Origin: Syncephalis fuscata S228
Lineage: Eukaryota; Fungi; Zoopagomycota
Reading direction: 5' to 3'
DNA length: 64,000 nucleotides
NCBI GenBank assembly: GCA_025786725.1
Contig: JAHLTZ010000039.1
Coordinates: forward strand, 62,001-126,000
Below the pieces are notes generated by a model that worked only from the letters and a program-made list of their open reading frames with translations, ran no database searches and had not been told where the DNA came from. Positions 1 through 11,131 of the stretch are shown one piece after another. Position 1 is the first letter of the stretch; the number at the start of each line of letters is the position of its first letter. The position numbers were made by a program, and so were the translations under genes.

Positions 1-98
1 AAAAAGGTATGGGTTGAAAGTGAAATAGCTTCGCCTTTTTTGCCAGCACTTGCGTCTTTTATTGAATTACTTACCAATCTACTAGTATTGCCAATAAT

Positions 99-940
99 AT
101 GCTGCGTGGTGTCTTTATCCTATTTGAGGGAGGGGATCGAGCTGGTAAATCAACTCAATGTCGTCGTCTAGTAGATCATTTGAATGCCAATGGCATAGTG
201 GCGCAGCATAGACGTTTCCCAGGTCGGTCTTTGTGGTTGGCATGGCCACTCATGCTACCTAGCAATTAGACAGAATACTAATTCCTTTACTATGAATAGA
301 TAGAACGACAACGATTGGTAAAATGATTGATGCCTACCTTGCGGGCAGTACACAGCTTGATGATCGGGCTATCCATTTGCTATTTTCGGCCAATCGATGG
401 GAGGCAGTGTAAGTAGAAACGGCGATAGCTAGAAACGGTATTTAATACCAATTTAATTAGAGCAAATATGAAAGCGGATTTGCAAAAGGGCATTACATTG
501 GTTGTAGATCGATATGCTTATTCAGGTGTAGCATTCTCAGCTGCTAAGGTAATAAGGCAATAATTGTAATCATTAAGTGTACTTATAAACACTATTTATT
601 ACCATAGGGCCTATCTTTATCGTGGTGTAAACAACCGGATGTTGGATTATTACGACCAGATCTTGTTTGTTTACTTGATATGCCGGTTGAAAAGGCGGCT
701 CTTCGAGGTGATTTTGGCCAAGAGCGCTATGAACGAGTAGAGTTGCAAGAGCGTGTTCGTACTTATTTCAGTCAGCTACGCGAGCCTAGCTGGCTTGTAC
801 TTAATGCAACAGAGAGTATTGAGTCGTTGCATGAAACAATAGTAGAACATGCAATGAAAACACAAGCCGTTTGTAAAAATATGCCAATTTACGAAGATTT
901 ATGGCAAACAGAAGAGCATGACGCAGATAAAGTAAAATAA
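99..940 (+). CDS. CDC8: Thymidylate (dTMP) kinase, intron-containing
   Basis: Manual splicing from ATG 99 gives [20 protein letters not shown] (P-loop), [45 protein letters not shown] and [17 protein letters not shown]; the last exon overlaps track ORF 680..940. Short GT-AG introns. Confidence 0.95.
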
Positions 941-952
941 ATATGTTATTTA

Positions 953-2225
953 TTATTGATTATACTTAGGCAATATGGTTGTTAATAGATTGTCAACAAC
1001 TTGTGGAAATGATGTAAATACACCATTTAATGGCACTTGTGTCTTATTTTCATCCCCTGGTTGATATTTGCCAGTCATGACTGTATAATCATTACATTAA
1101 TGTGATAACAAGCAATTTGAAACCATTACTTACCAAGATAGCGACGAAGCTGCAGTTCAATGGCACCACCTAAATATAAAAACGGATAAGTAGTTACAGC
1201 AATTGTCATAATTAACACTGAAATGCAAACCTCCAAGATCTTGTTCAACATCATCACCAATAATGGCCACAGGTGGATATGTAGATGCACTTGGTAATCC
1301 CCTATGCATTTGTTATTACTATTAATGCTTTGCTATTTACAATTTTACTTACATATCATGAAGAGCCATTTCAAAGAATGTTCTTTCAGGCTAATATAAA
1401 GTGATAGTTGGATATTTAATAAATCAATAAAAACAACACTGCTATCTACCTTGCCAATGACCGTTGCTTTAACATTGGTAGCATACTCTAGTGCAGCTAC
1501 AAATGGGCCAGGTCCTAATGCTAAATTTGATTCGGTTGCGTAATAGCGCGCTTTGTGTATAGCAAATAGTGGACAACCTTGTTGTATTAAATGAAATGCC
1601 TTATTTAACTAAACACAATTAATTAGTTAACTAAATGCCATTGACCAATACTATATGGGTCGTTACTTTGTTATAATGAAATTGACTAGGTGCTAAACCA
1701 ACTAGAACAGCATCCTTTGGCTGTCGATCATCATGGGGAATTGAAGTAGCGGCCTCTTCTTCAAGCAAAGTAAGCGGGCTAATCAATAATAAAATTAATC
1801 GATTATGGGTAGATTAATAAATAGGTTTGTTGTTTGTAAGTCTTACTTGAGCTTTTGCGTACGCATAAGAGCCGCAGCTGCATTCAATGATGTAAATACC
1901 TATAAATATTAGTATAAATATTGCATCGTGTCATTTAACTTAAAGCCACAAATAATCGCTTTTTATTAAATGCTACCTCGTGCGGTGCAACTGTAAAGCC
2001 AAGTCGTTGCAATCGTTGAACTAGACTCGTTGCCGATTCCTTGGTTGTATTTGTACAGAAGCGAAACTAAAAAGTTGTTATTTAAAAACTGCAGAATGAG
2101 ATTGCAATACTATATACCGGTATACCGGAAGCCCTTAGCCGTTCTACCGCTTCAATAGCACCGGCGATAGCGTGGTCGCCGACATGAAGTGTACCGCTAA
2201 GATCAATAAGCAAACCGTGCAACAT
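953..2225 (-). CDS. HDHD2: HAD-superfamily class IIA hydrolase, HDHD2/LHPP-like
   Basis: Minus-strand exons read [17 protein letters not shown] (motif I), [58 protein letters not shown] and [11 protein letters not shown]; stop TAA at 955-953. Confidence 0.9.
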
Positions 2226-2845
2226 AGAAGAAAAAGCTGAAGCGAAATTGTGGTGTAAGTTACAAGATGGTGTGCATACGTCACTTGCTCATTTGGTTTG
2301 TATTACCATCATCGCTATCATAAATTTATTACCATTATTAATATTCGTTTATATCATTTTCATTGATATTATTGCATATTTTATTAAGCACACGCTATTA
2401 AATGCGGCTTGAAATGGAACAAATATATCGTTGAAAGTCTTTTAGCAGATGAAACGCGATTGGCATTGCTGTTAATATCGCTACAATTGACTAAATCATG
2501 TAAATAAGCAAAGTTTTAAATTAAATGATTGCATTTATTGTGATTAACTTTTATTATTCAACAATATTATAAATACACAATACTGTTATTCAAATAATAA
2601 TAAAAATGGCCTTTTATAGTCCAATTCATTTTAGCTTATTATCAGGATTTATACAATTACAACTTTTGTTATAAACATGCTAATTTGAGCTATTGTTATA
2701 AGTTAAAGCCATTTGATAATAATATTTTTTATAAATTGATATTAAAATATCTAATTAAGCTAATATTTTTATTTATTTTCCTTCTTTGGTTGCTTGGTTA
2801 AAGTTACATCATTTTATTACTGGTGTTGTAGCAATGCCATTCTTT

Positions 2846-3794
2846 TTATTGCGTCAAAAACATACCAAGTTTGTAATAAGAAATAATAGCATTTGTTAAA
2901 TTATTACAATTGTTAGTATGTGTTAAGCAATTAAATATGTGCTTAGTACTTTTACTTGTACATCTTTTGATTTTATATTTGAGAATGTAGCAACACCGTT
3001 TATAATTGCCAACAAGTCTAAACTCGCCATTGGCAATCCTTAGTTCTTCAATACTGGTAAACATAGCCCCTTCAAATAGGCTGTTAAGCATTAAATGTGA
3101 TTGAAAGATACAGTTAGACTATTGCAGCTACTTATGACACACTGTGACGACTAGCAACTTAATGGCTATCGTCTTGTTTACGCTTACTTCTAGCATATAA
3201 GTGTTAGTGACCACTAGTCAATTGCTTTCCTTAGTATAGCATGAACCTGATGCTATTATAAAATAACCAATAAATGGCTTTCCTTTTAATTATCAATACT
3301 ACAGTTAAGCTTTTAACAGCTAAATAGCACCTGTAACCAAAGCAGAGAAAAGAATATATAACCAAAGATATAGATATGTTTATTATAATTTCAACAAAGC
3401 TAGTATTTTATAGTAAACATTATTGTTAATGGAATTTGAGCCTTGTTCATATAGTTGCTCATATGTCAGTAAACAACAGGTATTTACTGGTTATGTCCTT
3501 GGATAGCTGTTTTTTATGATTGTTAGCATTACTATTTAGTGTATTGTTGTTGTGGCTATTCACATGTTATCGTTAGTATGTTGTTCGATTACATGGTAGA
3601 CATCATAGATCAATCGCATGGTAGATAGTTACGTAATAATGATACCGTAATTCAATACCGTAACAACACAACACAGTAATAAAATATATGAATAAAATAT
3701 ATTGAAAGTAAACTAAAGCCTTTACTAATAATTTAATAATTTAATAATTTAAATTTTATTCAAAATTTAGAAATGGCGTATTTTCAAAATTCCC
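2846..3794 (-). mobile_element. Degenerate Mutator-like (MULE) relic
   Basis: ORF 2846..3091 (LFEGAMFTSIEELRIA...NNCNNLTNAIISYYK) aligns by eye with the MULE relic at 45818 (LFKKAIFNSIKKLRAA...NNCNSLIDAIISYYK). The minus-strand terminus GGGAATTTTGAAAATAC at 3794 resembles the MULE TIR end at 45603/57103. Confidence 0.65.
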
Positions 3795-4763
3795 TTTAGA
3801 TTTAATGCACTTATCAAGTTTTGATGTTTCAGTCTTGTTTTATTATGGTTAACCATAGTTTGTTATAAATGTGCGTGTTAAAATTGTCAATAATCTAAAA
3901 TAATTACTCTTACCATTGTCATATAACTAATTTGTACATCAAATGACCACCAATTGATGTGTCGTATATTGCTGCTGTACATTCAAAGCCGATTATATCT
4001 GAAATGCTTAGTAGATAGTTTCTAATGTCTTTACATTAACATCAAACAATTAGTTAGCAACAATAATATATGTAGTAACATTTGATTGTACAATGTTCAA
4101 ATAAACTGTTTATTCCTGTAAGTAAATATTAATGCCAAATTGAATCTATATGCAAAACAATCTATCTATCTTTATAGTTTTGAAAGTTTGTAAATAGCTT
4201 ATACACAATAATAAATATTTGTAAAGAAATACAAGTTTACTGCGTCAGTTTTGCTATTGTACTAGTGGTGGGTATTCTTTGAAGTCCACAAAGATATTGG
4301 AAATTGGATTTATTGGTTAAGGCAACATCAGAGGCGTAGCAGTTCATTATCGTTGTTTCTGGATAATTGACAACTATAGACTACACCGCATGAGCAAGAA
4401 TTGTAATGACAAAATAGAATTTACTATATAAATCCTTACTGCATGTATAGATAGAAAACAGGTTAAAGCAAGTAACTAGGCTGCATACTATCACGCCATC
4501 GATATATTGATAAATTCGTGTTTCAAACTACCATATGCATTCACTTTAACTGGTTTGCATCACACATCAATGGACTATACCATTGAGTACATTCTTTGAT
4601 TCTTTAGAATAAACATCAACTTAAATAGCCACACAATACGCACAACTAGTCAGTGGTAGCATCATCACACTCTACTTTTTGAAAAGTATCGCTATCATCT
4701 ATTTTATACCAACCACACTCTATCGTTCATTCCCACTGTTTGTTTTAACAAATCAATATCACC

Positions 4764-6938
4764 GTAAAGCTTTCTATTGCCGTCATCTGCATCATCGTTG
4801 TAGCTTTGGTTGCCACTACCGCCATGGTAGATGCTATGCCAACTCGAGTTCGTCGTGGTATGTTTTGGTCATAACAACTATGCGAATTGACTTGATAACT
4901 AACATTGTACTCCCAATGATGACATCAGACGGTAAGGCTTAAGTATGTATTATTGTCCTAGTACTTACTGTACCATATCGTAAACACCATGAACACTATG
5001 AAAACACGCAAACAGCCAGCACGTTTAGCATAGAACAATAGATTAAATCTCTTTATAATATTAACATCTTTAATTTACATTAACAGGAGGTAAATCACAA
5101 CGACAACAATTAATTAAATGGCTGACTATATATTGTGTATTATCAACTAACATTATTAGCTGGTAAGTGAAACTGTATATTGATTAACTGTAAATTAAAC
5201 ATATATGTCATGGAATATTTGTGTTTAACAAATTGTATTAACAGATCGTAAGTGATATTGCATATTGCTTAACTATACACTAAGGATATGCTGTGTGCTG
5301 TTTGCATTTAATAAACCGTACTAATAGCTGGTGACATTTTGTATTGATTAATATACACCAAATATATTCTTTTATATGCGTGTTCAACAACTTGTATTAA
5401 TAGATAGTAAGTGATGTTTGTGTACTACTTAACTATGCATTAAACCGTGTGTTTAATAAATTGCATTAATAGAAAGTAATGCCATTGTATATTAATTGAC
5501 AACTCATAAACATACATGTATTCTGTTTATATTTAATTGAGTTGTATTATAAGATGGTAAGACATTGTGTGCTGATTATCTACATACTAAACATATGCGT
5601 TTGATGTTACGTGTACCTAATATATTATTAATAGGCTGTAGGTAAAGGTTTACTTAATTAACTATACACTAAGCATATGCTATGCATTATTTGTATTTAA
5701 TGACTTGGATTAATAGCTGCTAAGTGGAATCTTATAGTTAACTGTACACTAAACATATACCACGTACTATGTATGTTTCTACATTTGTGTTTAATAGAAA
5801 GTAAGTGCCATTGTGTATTAGTTGGATAGACACTAAACTTATGTTATACATTTGGTGTTTAACAACTTGCACCAATAGCTCGTAAGTGCCATTGTATACT
5901 AGTTCACTAGACATTAAATATGCATCATGCTACATACATGTCTAATAGCTTGCATTATAGCCAGTAAGTGGCACCCTATGTTGATTGGTTATATATTAAT
6001 TATACACTATGCACCGTGTATATTTGACAATCTGTATTAATAGTCAGTAAGTGAGCTTATATTGCAGTCAGCCATAAACTAATTACACGTACTATGCAAT
6101 GTTTATATTTGAGCATTGTATTAATAGGCCGTAAGTGGTGTTTTATACAAATCAACTATCTGTTAAGCATATGTAATGCACCATTTATTCTCACAATTTG
6201 CATTAGTAGCGGGTAAGTGGCACTATCTATTAGTAACTACATATTAATAATATATTATATAATTTCTTGCTTGATAACATGTGTTAACAGGACGTAAGTA
6301 ATATTTTATGGTATTTAATTATACACTAAACCTATATTATTATACATATATGTCTTATAACTTGTCTTGACAGCTGGTAGGTGATATTTTAGATCGATTA
6401 ACTACAAACTAAGCATATGTCATGTGTGCTGTATGCTTGACAACTTGTATTAATAAAAAGTAAGTGGCATAGTATACTGACTGACTATCTATTAAAATCT
6501 GGTATGCACCATGTGGATTAATAACCTGTATTGATAGGACGTAAACGCCATTATATATTAATAACTAGACACTGGATCCGTATCGTGATATATGTATACT
6601 AACATGTATTATAGTCAGTAAGAAATACTTGTAAATTGATTAACTATAAATTAAACACATGCCATGTATTCTGTACGTGCAATAACTTGAATAATAGGCA
6701 GTAAGTGAGACTGTATAATAATTAACTATACACTAAACATCTATTATGCATTATGCGTGTGTTCAATAACTTGCATTAGTAGGTCGTAAGTAACACTATG
6801 TATTAGTTAACTATACACTAAATATATGCTATACAATGCTTGTGTTTAATAGCTCATAACATGTAAGTGAAATTATATATTATTGAGTTGTAGGCTAGCG
6901 CTATGGCATGTACTATGTTTATTTATACTATAGGATAA
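4764..6938 (+). CDS. Putative secreted-peptide precursor built from 23 three-nucleotide micro-exons (micro-exon gene; possibly decaying)
   Basis: Exon 1 (4764-4857) reads xKLSIAVICIIVVALVATTAMVDAMPTRVRR plus one G, then donor GTATGT. AG|NNN|GT micro-exons follow at 4929, 5087, 5160, 5245, 5328, 5404, 5473, 5554, 5635, 5717, 5798, 5879, 5961, 6044, 6128, 6210, 6291, 6374, 6457, 6538, 6615, 6698 and 6783, giving DGADPDKNGSETPISPGPERLSS. A possible terminal exon starts at 6934 (C|GA TAA). The expected ATG position reads GTA and the 3' end is uncertain. Confidence 0.7.
5140..6870 (+). repeat. Degenerate tandem array of ~21 intron+micro-exon units, period ~69-85 nt
   Basis: Recurrent unit GTAAGTG...TATATTGATTAACTATACACTAAACATATG...TGTGTTTAACAACTTGTATTAATAG followed by a variable NNN. 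Confidence 0.92.
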
Positions 6939-7276
6939 CCAGTACATGCAAGACATTAGCATTCGTAGTGTAATTGGAATGCCAGTCTATACACTTTAAG
7001 TATACACTGGTAACAACCAAGATTTTCAAGCAATTATCCTCCAGTCCATTTATATATCAACTACTAATAAATGCACCAATTTATTCAATTTTAATCAAAT
7101 TATTATACATATATATGTATTACTTGCATCCAGAATACTGTTTTATAATGATTATTTGTAATAAAATATAAACTTATAACAGATAAATAAAACTACAACA
7201 TTATAAATTAACTACGCACTAAATAGCATATCGTTCATGTTATGTACTAACTATACGGAATGACTGTTTATTCTCT

Positions 7277-9504
7277 TTAGAAAATTAAGGGCTCGATAAA
7301 ATTGGATGGAAATTGACCACGCCGTATTCCATTGTTACTTTCAATCTCGCCTTCCCACCAGCCGTCTAACTGAGTTGTTATTACGCGAATAATCTCTCCT
7401 TCCTTAAATGACATTTCTTCTTCCATAGTGGCATCGTAGTCGTATATAGCTCTTACTACAATGATATAAATAGTTAATTACATTGCCAGCGCTATTTATT
7501 ATGTAAGCTTACCTAGAAATCCTTCTTTTTCTGTGCCGCCAGTTGCTGATGGAGCACCAGAGGTTTGACCGCCCATTGGAGGTTGCATTGTTGATGCGCC
7601 CGATGGTATTGTTGCTGTCAATGTTGCTGCTGCTGCTGTTGCTGCTGCTGCTGGTGGTGGTGGTGCTGGTGCCATTGATGGATTTGATGGTGCATTGGCA
7701 TAAACCTCAGGTTGTTTACCTGATTCAGGTGACGTTTGTTGTACCTATTCAAAGTTTAATAAAGTAAAGTAAAAGTAATTAGTACTCACTGTAGTATTGG
7801 TGGCGGGTATAGCAGGATTGGGTGCCTGATGTGGATAGCCTGCTGGTGTAGCAGCTATACCAGCAGGTGTGTTTTGTGATATTGGTCGTTGTTGCTGTTG
7901 CTGTGGTGGTGGTGGAGGGTAAGTCTGCCCTTGAGGTGGATGAGCATTATTGTATACTTGCTCCTCAGGTCGATTAATTTGTCCATGATTATAGTCACCG
8001 CCAGGTGCAGACATAGAATTGTGAGGATGTGATGGTGTGGTATTTGGATAATTATATCCCATAGCTGTTGGTGGTGCACTCACTGGTGGTATCTTTACAA
8101 AGTAATTAGTACAGTTCAATTTTAACGACTAAAGCTTACTAAATGAGTAATTAGTATTAGCAGCTAATTTATTCAATTCAATCATTTGACTTACCCGCAT
8201 TAATCCCTTTAAGCTCAACAAATGTTGCAATATCATGGTCAATATCGCATTGTTCCAAAGACTGACGAACCCGTTCAAATGACTAGATATTACATTTGCA
8301 ACTATTAGACAATTTATTAAACACCATATCGGTCACATTACCTCATCGTCGGTCACACATACACCGGCAAAGATGTTTGCGTAATTCCAGAATATATTTC
8401 GTAAAAATTCAATTCGCTCCTCTTCCATGATTTGGAATTTCTATTCATTATTGTAATATTAATAATAATACACACATCATTTACTAACGCTCTTACATCG
8501 CATGCTTGTCGCCAGTCATTGTCAAAACGTTGAGTAACAGACTGTAGTTTCTCGCATGCCTCCTGATACTCTAATTCTATAATACCGTATAATAAATAGA
8601 TTGTAAGTTATGTCATTTCGTATTATATACTATAACCAACCTGGATTCCGTCCTGAACTATTGCCCTGACCAATCATGTTTAATTTGCTCATCATCTAAT
8701 TTCGCGGTTTGTAGGCATTCATACTATAGATATGCTACTTACCCCTGACGAACGCTGAGGTGCCATGCCATTGGCCCGCATATACTCTGCTTCGTAGCGT
8801 TCTTTGGCCTAATAACACAATATCCATGGTAATATTAGCTAACCATCCTCTATTTAAAGTACTTCATTTACCTTATGCATAGAAGCTGTATGGAGTGCTT
8901 TAGTTCGCATACTACGCTCGATAACTGCTGTGTGCTGTATCATTGCTTACAAATGAGCCCATGCCGTTCTACAACATTCTAATTGACCTACACTTTTACG
9001 CTGTTCCTTTTGTGTGGCCAAAAACGCAATAGTCGTTTGTTCTAGCTCACTGCGAATCAACGCGGCCAATTCCAAGTGAGAACGGCCGACAAATTCCATT
9101 TCATTTCTAATACTTCCTAACGAACTTTGCACAGTTCTATTATACATCTATTAGCTAAATTTGACTAGCTGTATTATCCACTGCTTGCCCTGTTTCCTCC
9201 CGTCCAAGTGATGCCTTGGAAAGTTTAAGTAGTTTTTTACCATACTCTTCCTCAATACTGGCTCTATTTCCCTGCATCAGTAATTGTTCAACGCCCTTGG
9301 TCCAAGCCTTACCGCTGAGCAAACATATTCTGTACCTGGACCACTGTCTGTTTTGCTTGGCGCAATTTATTCATTAAAATCTCTACACCCTGGTCATCCT
9401 TGTCCTATGGTCGTACAGCAGGTGGTTAGAACGCGTGTGCATCATTCGGTATAGCCACTCACGTAGAAGGCCGTGGCGAACGAAGCCGAAGACACCACCG
9501 ACAT
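7277..9504 (-). CDS. F-BAR (FCH) plus C-terminal SH3 protein, Cdc15/Imp2/Hof1/PSTPIP family
   Basis: N-terminus MSVVSSASFATAFY-DKDDQGVEILMNKLRQAK...ASIEEEYGKKLLKLSK, then KFQIMEEERIEFLRNIFWNYAN, a P/Q-rich linker, and SH3 RAIYDYDATMEEEMSFKEGEIIRV...DGWWEGE...RGQFPSNFIEPL*. Confidence 0.9.
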
Positions 9505-10328
9505 GTTGGTAGCACTAGCACGTGTCTATTGAGCGAATGAAAGCTTAAGTGGACAAGTATAGAGCAAGGATGCCGCCTAGATGACTTACAAACAAGTAAA
9601 ATGATAGAACGAAATACACACGACTTGCTTGTAACAAATAGGCAAACAGCAGTACTGAAAAGTTAGTTGGTTTAATCAAAGGGCTACAATGGCGTGCGGT
9701 GTAAAGCACTAGACGAGAAAGTGAACGAGAAAGGGACCGAAAAATTGAGAATTAGAACAAGGCTTGAAAACGTCCAAATGCGAGTGAGTGGATTACCTCA
9801 AAGCACAGCATGCAAGGAAGCTACACGTAAACGACCAAATAGAGTGCTACTGTAGTTGTCACACGTACATACGATGGATCGGCACACAAACGTCATTTTA
9901 CAGCTTTTATTTATACGATAATAAAATGGCCGTCTATTTGTTATGCTTTTATTGCTATTTGTCTAGATATAAATAACTCGCAAATAAATAATACAAACCG
10001 TAATTTTTAGCATTTAAACTGCGTCATAGAACCTCGGCGGCAATAGCAACTCAGTACTTGTTAAACTCCGCTAACATTTAAAAATAGGTTTATTTTTATT
10101 CAATTAATATGAGTTGATATGCAAAACTCAGCATAACCAATAACTGTAATGAATACAGCAGTCTATTCTTTAAAGCGACATATTGTATTGCTATTCATTA
10201 ATAATGATAGCTACAAATGATAAGCTAAAGCTGTATTATTAATTGAAGAGCAAGGTTTTATTAGCACAGTTTAAATCATAAATATGCCTATTTATTGTAA
10301 TGGCCTTATGATTGAACTGTACTTTGAC

Positions 10329-10805
10329 TCCTATATTTTGAGTCACTAAAGTAAAATTTATTCCAATCAGAGTCATGCTGTTATGCATAACATAATTATA
10401 TTACTTTCTATTAAAATGCTGTTAATAAATTGATTTAGATAAAAGAATGTAACATACTAGTTGATTTCATTGAAACATTTGAGGCTGATTATTGTTGTTG
10501 TTGGCTATGTGTAGAAAGGTTGATCAAATATTAATAGAAGCCATTGATTGCAATTCCATATCGTTCTGCAGTCGTTGCATCTACGTACAGCATGGATTAT
10601 TGCATCTGAATAATCTTTTCTATTTTCTAATATTGTACTATTGTATTTTGAACATATTTGTAATGTAAGATCAATATTAAAGCAATAATAAAGATAACTA
10701 ATTAATTACATTATTGTATTGATAACTAAACATGAATCAATCAATGTTGGATGCAATATTATACATGTTATAGTAATGGATGAGTGCTTAATTGTATTTA
10801 AAAGT
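10329..10805 (+). repeat. Dispersed non-coding repeat, copy 1 (copy 2 at ~50386-50932)
   Basis: Colinear similarity by eye: TCCTAT(A)TTTTGAGTC..AAAATTT.TTCCAA..TTATGCA.AACATAATTATA..TAATAAATTGATTTA..TGTAACATAC..GAAAC.TTT.AGG..TTGTTG.TGTTGGC.ATGTGTA...ATATTAAAGCAATAATAAAGA. Confidence 0.8.
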
Positions 10806-11131
10806 GTTATTACTACAGCCCATTAATCCACAACGTAAATAACACAAATATAATGTACAATCTATTAAACAAATAACTATTTATGTTAATGAAAGGATAA
10901 AGGACAAGGCATGATATGCAATGATAATCTTATTATCAACGGAAGCTAGGATGTGTCAGACTCTGCTTATTACAATGTTTGGCGGTCAATTCTTTATCTA
11001 TTTTACACCTTTCCTTTCTACTTCTTGTAGTGTGCGGACATATACAAGTAAACCAGCTTATACTTTGGCTTTCTTGCTCTACTACCACCAACCACTGTTT
11101 GTGTCATCTGATTGTCCGCATTACTGACAGT

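Noticed and set aside
4679-4942. Track ORF of 87 aa (MKSIAII...)
   Set aside because: It uses a TTG start, is in a different frame from the signal-peptide exon and runs through a canonical intron.
5140-6870. CRISPR array or plain satellite interpretation of the tandem repeat
   Set aside because: The context is eukaryotic, there are no cas genes and no identical repeats with unique spacers. The conserved positions are splice signals around a variable triplet.
7543-7767. Poly-Leu/Val ORF resembling a membrane protein
   Set aside because: It is the antisense shadow of the Gln/Pro-rich linker of the F-BAR gene.
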